The notes beneath the pieces were generated by a model. That model did not search any database and was not told the DNA's origin. It saw only the letters and a program-made list of their open reading frames with translations. 64,000 nt of DNA from an uncultured Alphaproteobacteria bacterium (GTDB lineage: Bacteria > Bacteroidota > Ignavibacteria > OLB7), in NCBI GenBank assembly GCA_964455525.1, contig CAYVWR010000007.1, positions 117,169-181,168 on the forward strand. Reading direction: 5' to 3'. Below are positions 39,201-48,642 of this stretch, piece by piece. Numbering within the stretch: the first letter of the stretch is position 1; every line of letters starts with the position of its first letter. A program made the translations under genes and the position numbers.

Positions 39201-40620
39201 TGGTGCCAATTATCGGTCGATCGGGCTGCTCTGCGGGATCTTTCTCACGCTCGTTGTGCTTCTACGCTTCAGCTATATTCCATGGAATGGCGATGGCGTA
39301 ACAACGGGGGGGACCACCAAGCTCTGGCTTTATCGTGTGCATGCCGCATTCGGGCTTATCACCACACTGCTTACCTGGGCCATCGCCATCGGGTGGACTG
39401 TCAACCCGAATATGGTCTCGCTGCATGGCTTTTATAAAGCGCGCCTTACCAGAGCATATCTCGGCGCATCCAACCGCCGCCGCCGTGGCTCCGGGATGCG
39501 AATCACTGAGGCGGTGGTCGGCGACGATCTCCCGCTTGCCGAGCTTCGGAACTGCCGTCGTGGTGGACCCTACCATCTGGTTAATACGACGCTGAATCTT
39601 GTTGGCGGACGCGATCTTTCCACAGCCCAGCGTTCGGCTGCGAATTTTATTCTGACACAGAATTACTGTGGCTCGCTCCGCACCGGGTATCGTCCCACCC
39701 AGCATTATATGCGAGGAGGGATGACGCTCGGCACGGCGGTCTCCATTTCCGGCGCAGCGGCAAGCCCGAACATGGGCTCGAAAACTCCCACGGCCGCGCT
39801 TGCAATGCTGATGACGTTTTTCAATGTCCGGCTGGGCTACTGGGCACCGACGCCGAATGCCGATGGCTGGGAGTTCGGCCAGGCCCGTCTGTGGCCGTTT
39901 TATACGCTTCGGGAATTCCTGTCGCAGACACATGATCTTTCCAGCTTCTGCTATCTTACCGATGGTGGTCACTTCGATAACACCGGCCTGTACGCGCTTA
40001 TAGAGCGGGGATGCCGGTATATCCTGGTGATTGATTGCGGCGCCGATCCCCAGCCCTGTTTTTCCGACCTTGGCGAAGCAATCCGCCGGTGCCGTATCGA
40101 TTTCGGTGCGGAGTTTGAGCTGGATCTCGACCCCATAGTCTCGGCCGGAAGCGATGGCGTGTGCGCAGCGCGGAGCCACTATGTGGCCGGCACGGTGACC
40201 TATTCGGCGGCCCATCTGCGTCGGCTTCATGGGGTGGATATGGCCAGTGCCAGGGCGATTGATCCGGTAGGGTATATCATCGTGGTGAAACCGATGCGTG
40301 TAGGGAACGAGACCGTGGATGTTCGCCAGTATGGGTTTCAGAATGGCGCTTTCCCCCAGCAGACCACCGCCGATCAATGGTTCGATGAGTCGCAGTTCGA
40401 GAGTTATAGAAAGCTTGGCGAGCGTTCTATCCGGCAGCTTATAAGGGAGACCAGCCAGACCTCGACTGCTCTGCGTGTGCCGCCGAAACCACCGATGCGC
40501 CGGGTGGAGGATGCGGCCGATGCCATCGGCAGGCTTGGGAGAACCTATCTGCCGACAGCCGCCGATCTGCGGCTGATATTCAAGGGGGTACAAGCAGGGC
40601 TGAAGGCCCGGCAGGGCTGA
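36256..40620 (+). CDS. Very large polytopic membrane patatin/cPLA2-like phospholipase
   Basis: GLSGGGIRSATF, STVSGGGY (Ser about residue 145) and LTDGGHFDN (Asp about residue 1236), with many TM segments between; start may be ATG 36313. Confidence 0.8.
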   Translation: MVFTVRDAGRSFDDWRTAAMNSAPHNKDGRSGAEDRRLDPPADIDGVLAEEWAQIRMRRRFLDALRVYIATRGGHRSGAGDRGGAGPRHPLRGSDELPGISVPPDLMGLGLSGGGIRSATFCLGVVQELRACGLLSSFDYLSTVSGGGYLGGWWSGWLSREPFFVPAELLDPVGLLQELFPDENSIYPSTHPVLEKMPSTETLRLRELAKGRPVGVMERQLLVEYLNRLLEQGTLYAQFSEFASEGLETFAAALRVIHDDMHDIRDEEDQAQEHFAWERCEQVLLNRFFLEELFPGYFDPLGDIHAISFPREEGIEPDRYEAFGSEQQGDEPCGGPGAAGPKEPVRPAWPDMQPRGRRDDDSSNAWFDPIHHLRLFANYLTPRKGSLSADTWRAIAAISRNLVLTWLVLVPIFVAVMLCGQLYFLWHPDTTGDFLPPRDTIAVSATTMPADSTGEPLSPAMAATKGLTAAGVKGAAVPAAKRSRHEVSSSDVLLARLAAAAVPIVPILGWIVVVVTVWIIYGHDTSTVREKMMPWVELGVAMMLVIFLFWSFTADGLALPGTEQPSAALAILSWWWSSWPPLLFWALVAVGLVVFGLRTSGSAGKYPEARNPRIAGQLKREVCRNQLVRIHSTLLVVAVGIAIVLLFAGFGHELVNYLFYSADTKSTVSDYLKEIGGWSGLVLTLGGTIYTLMKASPAGGGDTGNAGVASRWGGIILGITPPLLILFLALLSAWWGHGVVSGLVPDANGVSEFIIRNRPFHYITFVGIFLCFIFTWYEMTFIKGNWPAVWVFGDTVPKRYIGHVLLAVALVLLALLVSNGVWSIYTGTFYDSLTGDPDRLFWEWYEGLLPYVLLGAHPAPRFLSLAMAMLAGGALLVRLLFHRVPRAECGGANRFVWARRPSNALSAPAYRTAWELAGLTVVVVLILAVVSFALIPLATSWEAGVAVLDWLRMDATRNLTAYVLFGFCFCLIFLMVELFFGDGANYRSIGLLCGIFLTLVVLLRFSYIPWNGDGVTTGGTTKLWLYRVHAAFGLITTLLTWAIAIGWTVNPNMVSLHGFYKARLTRAYLGASNRRRRGSGMRITEAVVGDDLPLAELRNCRRGGPYHLVNTTLNLVGGRDLSTAQRSAANFILTQNYCGSLRTGYRPTQHYMRGGMTLGTAVSISGAAASPNMGSKTPTAALAMLMTFFNVRLGYWAPTPNADGWEFGQARLWPFYTLREFLSQTHDLSSFCYLTDGGHFDNTGLYALIERGCRYILVIDCGADPQPCFSDLGEAIRRCRIDFGAEFELDLDPIVSAGSDGVCAARSHYVAGTVTYSAAHLRRLHGVDMASARAIDPVGYIIVVKPMRVGNETVDVRQYGFQNGAFPQQTTADQWFDESQFESYRKLGERSIRQLIRETSQTSTALRVPPKPPMRRVEDAADAIGRLGRTYLPTAADLRLIFKGVQAGLKARQG

Positions 40621-40941
40621 CGTGGATTGCCGGAAAACTATATACCGCAAGGGTTGTAGGGCGATAGCTGTTGTAGTATGGCAAGAAGTGTGGCAAAAAC
40701 GTCGCGAAGGTAGTAACGACTCTACTTGCCTTTTCTTCGCTTCGTTGAAAGGTGTAAGTGATTCATCTGTGAGGCTCGTTCTCAGAATCTTTGTATATGC
40801 GGCTAACCTCCCTGTTCCCCTGCTAGAGGGTACATCATCATGTATTGGTAGATCATTACGCCCCTGGAGAATTTTTAGTTCTTTCGTATGATGATGTGTT
40901 TCGCACAAACGTCCGTTTAACACTTTTGTGAGAAAACCCGT

Positions 40942-42039
40942 ATGAGCACGAGGCATCACCGCTGGTTTATAATCCTAGGGTTGTTGCTGGTAGTGACGGC
41001 AGCACAGGCTCAGAACGAGTCAGGACGCAGGCCAATCAACAAGCAGAGATGGCAGGAAACAAAGGTCTGGTACGATTCAAGCACTGCAACATTTGAAGTT
41101 CGTTATCCCATTATCCGCAGTCTGCCGCCTGTCAATAGCGGGATGCCGTGGGATATCCTTGGCACCTACATCTATATGGATAGTCTGGCGCGATTCGATG
41201 CCTACAACCAGACGGCAAAAGCTCTGGATAGATGGATGGGCGAAGGGACCATGAACGATACGTTACGGTGGATGATAACGTATCTCTACAAGGTTACCGA
41301 CTACAACCCTATCATCTTTAGACAGTATGCCGATGAAACCGAACTCAAGATGGGGAACCGATATGTGGCGAGCCTGAACCGTCTTGCGTCCGGGATCAAA
41401 CAGGGGTACCGATTAGCCGCGCCCAACAAAGAGGACATGCGGGCAATCTATGCCATGCTCTATTCCGATTATGTGCTTCGGGTGAGAGTGAATAGAGTGG
41501 ATTCCATGCCTCTGAAGAATCCGGGATTGTTTGATACTCACATCTTCAGGGTAACAGCGGAAGTAGTGGACACGCTGAAAGGCCATGTGTTCACTACATG
41601 CAATCAGCAGAGCACATATAAAGCCCTTGATGAGGGAGAAGAAGGTCCCTTTGTCTCTACTGAAGGGTGGAATCCCTGCATCACCTTCAATTACGAGCAT
41701 CATAACTACCCTGACCCCTACGGAACTCCTCGCGGCCCCTTTCTTTACTTTGCCCGAGATCAGGAATTCACGATGCCAGCGGATAGCGGGTTCACTATGA
41801 AGCCAGGGCAGGAAGCTATCGTATTCCTGTCCCATCACGATGCTCTGAAAGATTCTACAAGGGATTACTACAACCTTGCCGTGGAGGTTCAGGGCTGGAA
41901 TGCTCTGCCAGTTCTGGATGGCCAGGTCCGAGATCTCAACAGGGCCTGGGTAAGCACATCGCAAACGATGATAAGCTATGAGGAGTGGAAGGCCAGATTT
42001 ATGGCCCTTCGTGATAAGATCCTGAATGGAACGTACTAA
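40942..42039 (+). CDS. Secreted hypothetical protein (365 aa)
   Basis: Clear signal peptide (FIILGLLLVVTAAQAQ) and a long ORF in an AT-richer segment; no family recognised. Confidence 0.7.
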   Translation: MSTRHHRWFIILGLLLVVTAAQAQNESGRRPINKQRWQETKVWYDSSTATFEVRYPIIRSLPPVNSGMPWDILGTYIYMDSLARFDAYNQTAKALDRWMGEGTMNDTLRWMITYLYKVTDYNPIIFRQYADETELKMGNRYVASLNRLASGIKQGYRLAAPNKEDMRAIYAMLYSDYVLRVRVNRVDSMPLKNPGLFDTHIFRVTAEVVDTLKGHVFTTCNQQSTYKALDEGEEGPFVSTEGWNPCITFNYEHHNYPDPYGTPRGPFLYFARDQEFTMPADSGFTMKPGQEAIVFLSHHDALKDSTRDYYNLAVEVQGWNALPVLDGQVRDLNRAWVSTSQTMISYEEWKARFMALRDKILNGTY

Positions 42040-42069
42040 CCGAACCACCTACACCATAAAGGGATTGCC

Positions 42070-42177
42070 ATGAAGATTGTTATCGCCATTCTGGTTCTAG
42101 CCTTCTGTGGCTCTCTGGCCTCTGCACAACCGCGTGGGGCAAATAAAATCAATGATCCTTATCGCTATATTTTTTAG
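42070..42177 (+). pseudogene. Truncated secreted-protein remnant
   Basis: MKIVIAILVLAFCGSLASAQPRGANKINDPYRYIF then TAG immediately after a T6 run. Confidence 0.4.
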
Positions 42178-42516
42178 AATATCCCGGGAATATCAGATAA
42201 AAGGGAGGGAAATATCCCGGCTCCACAGTGCTCGGTAATCGTGTATCTGCAACTTCTGAAGAGGGCTGTTGATACGATGGCAGAACTTCAAGGAGATATG
42301 CGGTTAATGCAAGCCTATGCCGATACCTTCCATAACCTGCCGAATAATTTATGCCCTGAGCGGAATGATGAACGGGAGGAAAGAACGGTATGAGAGCATA
42401 AAGGACAGGGCAGAGAACTATGGTATACGGGATAAGTTGCAGCCGTGGCCACACGATATTCTTGGCGAGCCTGCCAGATAATAACGTGAGGGCGTAGCAT
42501 TCAATTGCCTCGGTTT

Positions 42517-42904
42517 ACTACTGGTATGGTCACGACCAATCAGGGACGAGTCGATAGCGTGTGGTCGCGGCTGGATGGTCCTGGTATCACCGGTCTTCTG
42601 GCAGCGTCAGGAGTACGATCACAGCGGCCAGATCACCGTGCAGGAGTACGAGCATGGTGGCGGCGGGGTCAAGCCTTAGGAGTACGCCTACGACCGTGCC
42701 CAACGTCTGAGCTTGTGGGAGCTTGACGGTGTGAGGACCGGCTATCAGTACGATGGGGTCGGCAGCCGCCAGCAGATGAGCCGGAGCACGGGTCTGATCG
42801 AGCCGTATACGTAGTGCTTTATCACGATGAACCTGGTGACTACCCGGCATGATGGATATCCACCGGGCGGCGGCGGGCCGTATGCGTGTACAGTCCCGGC
42901 GTGA
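42517..42904 (+). pseudogene. Decayed RHS/YD-repeat gene fragment
   Basis: One frame reads QEYDHSGQITVQEYE..KP*EYAYDRAQRLSLWELDGVRTGYQYDGVGSRQQMSRSTGLIEPYT*, with in-frame TAG at 42677 and 42812 and frameshifts upstream. Confidence 0.7.
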
Positions 42905-43012
42905 CAAAAAGAAAAAGAACGATAAGAGACGATCGAGCGCACATTGAGTAACTTCCCTGTTGCGTCCTATAGCCGGGCGTAGCAGCACGTTATCTTATGT
43001 ATGTGAGGGTTC

Positions 43013-43999
43013 ATGAAAGCACTGATTACCGGGGCTACTGGTTTCATCGGAAGTCACCTGGCCGATCATCTGCACGCCAAGGGGTATGACCTGCGTGTGA
43101 TGGTACGGGGAAGCTCGAACAATAAGTATATCAAGCAGCTTCCGCTGGAGTATATGACGGCCGACTTCAACGATCCGGAATCGCTTCGTGCAGTGGTGAG
43201 CGAGGTGGATTACATCTATCATGTTGCCGGGGCCACGGCTGCGCGCGACCGGGCGGGATTTTTTTCGGGGAACCAGCTTGCCACGCGCAACTTGCTGCTT
43301 GCCGTACAGGACGCCAATCCGAATCTGAAGCGTTTTGTGCATGTCTCAAGCCAGGCGGCTGTCGGTCCGGCGCGAAGCCCTGATGCACCTGCCGATGAGC
43401 GGACCGCGTTCCATCCGATCACTGCCTATGGTGAGAGCAAGGCCGCGGCCGAGCGCGAAGTGCTTGCCATGATGGGCAAGCTGCCACTGACGATCGTTCG
43501 TCCTCCGGCGGTATACGGGCAGCGCGATGCCGAGATCTTCAAGTTCTTTCAGGTGGGGGCCAAAGGGGTGGCACCGCTCATCGGGTTCGGGCAGAAGCTT
43601 GTAAGCCTGGTGCATGTGGAGGATCTGGTGCGTGGCTTTGTTTTGGCCGGGGAGAGCAGGCGTGCCGAAGGGGAGACCTATTTTATCAGCTCGGAGGAGT
43701 TCTATACCTGGGAGCAGGTAGGGGCAATCACTGCCAAGGTGTTTGGCCGATCGCGTGTCAGGAACCTTCGCGTTCCGCATGCATTGGTGTTCCTGGCAGG
43801 GGGCGTCAGCGGCTTTTTTGGTCGTTTTCAGCAGAAACCGCCGGTCTTCAACTTCGAGAAGGGGCGTGATATCACCCGCCCGTACTGGCTCTGTTCGGTG
43901 GAGAAGGCAAAGGAGGAGCTTGGCTATCGCCAGCTTGTATCCATTGAAGAAGGGGTCGCCAAGACCGTGGAGTGGTACAAAAAGGAAGGGTGGTTGTAG
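43013..43999 (+). CDS. NAD-dependent epimerase/dehydratase (extended SDR)
   Basis: ITGATGFIG, VSSQAA and YGESK (YxxxK) motifs. Confidence 0.9.
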   Translation: MKALITGATGFIGSHLADHLHAKGYDLRVMVRGSSNNKYIKQLPLEYMTADFNDPESLRAVVSEVDYIYHVAGATAARDRAGFFSGNQLATRNLLLAVQDANPNLKRFVHVSSQAAVGPARSPDAPADERTAFHPITAYGESKAAAEREVLAMMGKLPLTIVRPPAVYGQRDAEIFKFFQVGAKGVAPLIGFGQKLVSLVHVEDLVRGFVLAGESRRAEGETYFISSEEFYTWEQVGAITAKVFGRSRVRNLRVPHALVFLAGGVSGFFGRFQQKPPVFNFEKGRDITRPYWLCSVEKAKEELGYRQLVSIEEGVAKTVEWYKKEGWL

Positions 44000-44369
44000 A
44001 GAAAAAAGAACTGAAAGGTGGTCCGGGTGGAACTTTATCGCCGTTCGTGGGTTTAATGTAAGAACCCCTGCTTTGTCATGCCCATATAGTAAAGAGGCGG
44101 GCCGGGGAAACGAGAAATTTCTTGTACGAGAGTTTCTGAAGCGGCTATATTCGTAGCTGTCCTTGTAACATACCTCTTGGCAGAGTAATCCCATAAAGGT
44201 TTCTATAGTCATACGTGAACGTCGTACAGCGCAACCTCTGCGTCGCTTGCAATTCGGTACAGAGTCGATAGTCATACTGGTAACGACACGATGGCGTGGG
44301 TTTGTATGAGCTGTATTGTCATGGACATGTAAGACTTCCAGTTCCCTGATCTCTATGAGGATTACCTTG

Positions 44370-45455
44370 ATGCGGTCCCCTTTCTATCGCCGCCTTACCC
44401 CGGCGCTTTCAATATTTATCCTTGCGGCTGTTGCGGCTTCGGCCCAGGGTGGTTCCGGTGGCTCTGCTGTTCCCTTTTTGATCATTCCACCGAATGCTCG
44501 CTCGGGCGGCATGGGTGAGGTTGGAACCGGGATTGCGAGGGATATCAACGCGACGTTCTATAATGTTGGCGGCCTTGCCTACCAGCAGAACACGCAGGTG
44601 AGCCTTACATACTCCAAGTGGCTCCCGCAGTTCAACGCCGATCTCCACTACAGCTATCTTAACGGCTCCACCTACGTTAAGGATCTTGACGGCACCATCA
44701 ACGGTCATCTCATATTTCTTGATCTGGGCGAATTCCAGCAGACGTTTGAAACCGGGCAGGCAGGCGCAAAGTTCCGCTCGCTTGAATTTGCTGTCGGGGC
44801 CGGATACTCCACCATGATCGCCGAGGATGTGGGGGCAGGTGTGCAGGCCCGGTATATTCAGTCGAACCTCTCCAGTGTTACCGTCGGCAACGAAAAGCCG
44901 GGCATTGGCCGCAGTGTCGCCTTTGATATCGGTGCGCTCTGGACGCCACGGACCGATTGGGGAATGCCGGAGGATTTTGTGAGTGTTGGCGCTAATCTTG
45001 CCAACATCGGCCCGAAGATCCACTATGTGGATGTGACCCAGGCCGACCCGCTCCCAACCTCGTTCCGTCTTGGTGTGGGCCTTCATCTGCTGAGCGATGA
45101 GTTCAACGATCTTACCGTTGGCATCGACATGAGCAAGCTGCTGGTGAACCGTCCAAGCATCAATGAGGTGGACCCGGTGCCGAAGTCGCTTGTGACAGCC
45201 TGGGGCAACGGCAAGGGGGTGGAGTGGTCGCTTGGCATGGAATACTGGTACGAGCAGCTTGTAGCGCTTCGTGCGGGGTATTTCACCGAGACGGCGGCTG
45301 GTGGCAACCGTAAGTTCTTTACGTTCGGTGCCGGTCTGCGCTACGATATGTATGGATTCGACTTCAGCTTTATCAATACCATCGAGGATTCGCACCCGCT
45401 TGCAAATACTCTCCGCTTCACGTTTGTGGTCGATTTCGATCATGTCACGAAGTAG
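44370..45455 (+). CDS. porV: Type IX secretion system outer-membrane protein PorV
   Basis: SAVPFLIIPPNARSGGMGEVG, YSKWLP, GANLANIGPKIHY, LALRAGYF and HPLANTLRFT fit the PorV/FadL-like barrel. Confidence 0.85.
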   Translation: MRSPFYRRLTPALSIFILAAVAASAQGGSGGSAVPFLIIPPNARSGGMGEVGTGIARDINATFYNVGGLAYQQNTQVSLTYSKWLPQFNADLHYSYLNGSTYVKDLDGTINGHLIFLDLGEFQQTFETGQAGAKFRSLEFAVGAGYSTMIAEDVGAGVQARYIQSNLSSVTVGNEKPGIGRSVAFDIGALWTPRTDWGMPEDFVSVGANLANIGPKIHYVDVTQADPLPTSFRLGVGLHLLSDEFNDLTVGIDMSKLLVNRPSINEVDPVPKSLVTAWGNGKGVEWSLGMEYWYEQLVALRAGYFTETAAGGNRKFFTFGAGLRYDMYGFDFSFINTIEDSHPLANTLRFTFVVDFDHVTK

Positions 45456-45490
45456 GTCTGCGCTCAGTCGTCATCCTATGAAGAATACAG

Positions 45491-45523
45491 AAGCCCAGCC
45501 GATAAAAGTCGGCTGGGCTTTTT
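45491..45523 (+). terminator. Rho-independent terminator after porV
   Basis: AAGCCCAGCCGA, loop, TCGGCTGGGCTT followed by TTT. Confidence 0.8.
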
Positions 45524-45815
45524 CCGTGGTGTGGGGATCTCTCAGGGATAGGCTGGACCCGGTGGGCGTCCATGCACGATGCGCGCATGGCGTGGCAGGG
45601 GCTGCTTGGATTCTACAGGAGCTTGCGCGTACTTTGCGAGGATGGCAGAGTGTGCATATTGCCTGTGGTGATAGTTCCATCTCAAGGGGGTTCTGCCCCC
45701 CCGTGGCCAGACTCCGTCAATGCCTGCCTAGCGGGCTTGCTATCTCACCATGACATGGTGTTCCATGTACCATGCCGACGAGGGGTTGCCTACTTCTTGC
45801 GTCGCGCCATCCAGC

Positions 45816-46718
45816 CTAGGGCTGTTCGGTGATCTCGCGGGCGATGCGCTCTGCTTCCAGCGCTCGATGATCTCGCGGGAAACGCATCCAGAAATCGTTG
45901 TAGGCACGAATAGCCTCATCCTTTCTTCCTGCTTTTGCCAGCGCTTCAGCATGAAAAAAGTGCGCATCCGAGGACTCACTGTTCAGCATGACCGCATATT
46001 CCAGCGATTCTATCGCCTCCTCGGGCCTGCCGATCTTCAGCAGGAGCCTGCCAAGCTTCATCCAGTGGATAAAGGAGTCGGGGAGCAGTTCGGAGATGGC
46101 CTGATAGTTCGCAACGGCCTCTGCCTCCCGGCCGAGTTGTGTCAGGACTTTTGCTCGCTGTACATGTGCCTGCGCATAGCGGGGATTGTGAGCAATGGCG
46201 GTATCTAGCTCTATCAGGGCGGTATCGTAGGACTTCATCATCATATGCGCCTCGGCCAGCGTAACGCGAGCGCGTACAAAGTGTGGCTCCACGCGGAGCG
46301 CTTTCAGCAATGTGCCGATCGCCTTGTCCGGCATCGCATTGTCGAGCTGGGCATCACCCTGGGTAAAGTAGGCCAGCGCCGAGCCGGGGTTTGCGGCAAC
46401 CATCCTCTCGGCAAGCAGCAGTTCCTGATCGTAATGGCGGCGGGCCTTGAGCACCGTGATGATCTTCTGGTACTCGTCAAGCAGCGATGAATCGCGACGA
46501 ATGGCCTGGCGGGCGGCATCCAGCACGGAATCCTGGGAACGGCGCAGAGAGTCCGACGACCGATACATACCGTCGGAGCCTTCACGCTGTGCCGCTGCTG
46601 GGCTGTGGATGCCGAGCAGTGCCAGGACGATCAGCAGCGCGCACGCTGCTGATAGCAGATGCGATGCGTCCCTTTTGTGACGTTGCCCGGATGATCTGTA
46701 AGGTCGATATAGGAACAT
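45816..46718 (-). CDS. Exported tetratricopeptide-repeat protein
   Basis: Hydrophobic signal/anchor and several TPR units (ALAYFTQG, ARVTLAEA, AHVQRAKV, AHFFHAEA). Confidence 0.85.
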   Translation of the reverse strand: MFLYRPYRSSGQRHKRDASHLLSAACALLIVLALLGIHSPAAAQREGSDGMYRSSDSLRRSQDSVLDAARQAIRRDSSLLDEYQKIITVLKARRHYDQELLLAERMVAANPGSALAYFTQGDAQLDNAMPDKAIGTLLKALRVEPHFVRARVTLAEAHMMMKSYDTALIELDTAIAHNPRYAQAHVQRAKVLTQLGREAEAVANYQAISELLPDSFIHWMKLGRLLLKIGRPEEAIESLEYAVMLNSESSDAHFFHAEALAKAGRKDEAIRAYNDFWMRFPRDHRALEAERIAREITEQP

Positions 46719-46822
46719 TCTTTGTGCGATCTCTTCGGCCGGCAAAACATCGTTGTGGCCGATATGGGTACGATGTGACGATAAAAAACTACGATTGATC
46801 GGTAGGCCTTGCAAGAAACTCT

Positions 46823-47818
46823 ATGGTCCGTAAGCTCACTGTTGCAATTCTTCTTCTCCTGCTGATTGCCGGCGGGTATTTCGTCTATCAGATCTGGTTG
46901 CGCAATGGAACCAGTGGCGACGTTATGGTGCGTATTCCAGAGGGGGCTTCCTTCTCCGAGATGCTCGATTCTCTGGAGTCGGCCGGTGTAATAGATAGTC
47001 CTACCGCATTCAAGGTGCTGGCCGTGGCCACAGGGAAGGACGATAAGATAAAGCCTGGCACGTATAAATTCGGTCGCGATATTCCTGCGCAGGAACTCCT
47101 GGAGGCGCTTGTGGAAGGACGATCGACGGTGAAGGTAAAGGTAACCTTCCCGGAGGGGATTACCATACGGCGTATTGCCTCGATTGCCGCACGCGATGCC
47201 GGATGCGATTCGGCGGAGATCGTGGCGCTGGCAGGTGATAGGGCATTTCTGAAAACCATCGGCATCAATGCCTCGATTGCCGAGGGATATCTGATGCCCG
47301 ATACCTATTTCATCTTCTGGGGTGAGAAGCCCGGAACCCTGCTGAGGCGAATGGCCGAGCTGTTCAGGAATTTCTATGTGGATTCGCTGAAACAGAAGGC
47401 GGCGGCGGTGAACCTTTCACCGTACGAGGCCATTGTACTTGCCTCGATCGTTGAAGGGGAGGCACGCGTCGGCTCCGAGCGCGAGACCATCGCCGGGGTC
47501 TATCTGAACCGTCTCCGCATCGGTATGAAGCTTCAGGCCGATCCCACGATCCAGTATATCCTTCCAGATGGCCCACGGCAGTTGTTCTACCGCGACCTGG
47601 AGATCGATAGTCCCTACAACACCTACAAATACAAGGGGTTGCCGCCAGCTCCTATCAACAATCCCGGTCGGGCCTCTATCCTTGCCGCGCTTCATCCCGC
47701 CAGGCATGATTACATCTTCTTCGTTGCCAAGGCAGATGGGAGCGGCGCGCATACGTTTACACGTACGGCAGAGGAGCACATGGCGGCGGTCCGGGAATAC
47801 CGTGCTCGCCGGAACTGA
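46823..47818 (+). CDS. mltG: Endolytic transglycosylase MltG
   Basis: N-terminal TM, EGYLMPDTY, ASIVEGE, LQADPTIQY, SPYNTY and GLPPAPINNPG. Confidence 0.95.
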   Translation: MVRKLTVAILLLLLIAGGYFVYQIWLRNGTSGDVMVRIPEGASFSEMLDSLESAGVIDSPTAFKVLAVATGKDDKIKPGTYKFGRDIPAQELLEALVEGRSTVKVKVTFPEGITIRRIASIAARDAGCDSAEIVALAGDRAFLKTIGINASIAEGYLMPDTYFIFWGEKPGTLLRRMAELFRNFYVDSLKQKAAAVNLSPYEAIVLASIVEGEARVGSERETIAGVYLNRLRIGMKLQADPTIQYILPDGPRQLFYRDLEIDSPYNTYKYKGLPPAPINNPGRASILAALHPARHDYIFFVAKADGSGAHTFTRTAEEHMAAVREYRARRN

Positions 47819-47868
47819 CCGGGACGCGCGCGGTTGCGATAGTGGGCAGCGTCCCGGCCTTTTATGGT

Positions 47869-48642
47869 TCAGGCTGGCACCGGAATCCGTTCCAGAAAAC
47901 GTTGCACCGCGCTGTTGAACTCTTCGGGGTTCTCTATGTTGGCCAGATGCCCTGCATTGCTGATGATCGTCAGTGTTGCGTCCGGGATGGCCTCTTCCAT
48001 CGCTCTCCCCTCGTCCACGGTGGTGATCGCATCGTGCTCACCGAAGATGAGGGCCACAGGCACCGAGATTGTGGGAAGAATCGGGGTGGAATCCGGGCGC
48101 GCCGCCATGCCGAGCAGTGGTGGCACGATCGATTCCGGCTGTGAACTGTAGATGATCGTCCGTACCGCCTCGACGACGTTCGGCCGCTCACGCCGGGTGC
48201 TCTCGGCAAGGAGCCTTTGCAGTGTCTCGTCGATATAGCTGTCGTATTCACCTCCTCCGATCCGCTCCGCCGCCTTGTAGCGTCCCTCTCGTGCCTCCTC
48301 CGAGTCCGCCGATGCTTTTGTGTCGGCCAGGATCAATCCGGTGATCCGTTCAGGGAAGAGCCTCCAGCATGCAAGCGCGATATAGCCTCCCATGGACAGC
48401 CCTGCGATCACACACCTGCCGATGTTCTGCGAGTCGAGACTGTGTTCGATGAACCTTGCGGCCAGCTCCATGGAGAATTCCTCGCCGTCGAGCCGGGGCT
48501 GCTCACCGAAGCCTGGAAGGTCCGGGGTGATGATATCGGCGTGTTCGGCGAGCGCGGCCCGTTGTGGCTCCCACATCGCGCTGTTCAGCGGAAATGCGTG
48601 GATCATGACAAGCACTGGCCGTGATGGCATTGAAGTATTCAT
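47869..48642 (-). CDS. Alpha/beta fold hydrolase
   Basis: IHAFP, PDLPGFG, GLSMGG nucleophile elbow and AGHLANIE. Confidence 0.9.
   Translation of the reverse strand: MNTSMPSRPVLVMIHAFPLNSAMWEPQRAALAEHADIITPDLPGFGEQPRLDGEEFSMELAARFIEHSLDSQNIGRCVIAGLSMGGYIALACWRLFPERITGLILADTKASADSEEAREGRYKAAERIGGGEYDSYIDETLQRLLAESTRRERPNVVEAVRTIIYSSQPESIVPPLLGMAARPDSTPILPTISVPVALIFGEHDAITTVDEGRAMEEAIPDATLTIISNAGHLANIENPEEFNSAVQRFLERIPVPA

Noticed and set aside
36256-40620. Patatin as a CBASS CapV effector
   Set aside because: No CD-NTase or Cap2/Cap3 genes nearby, and the size and topology are unlike CapV.
39262-40959. 565-aa minus-strand ORF; similar long antisense ORFs at 4870-6120, 50516-51607, 58306-59517 and 62628-63995
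   Set aside because: They overlap well-supported genes on the opposite strand, have no recognisable motifs, and are expected in GC-rich DNA.
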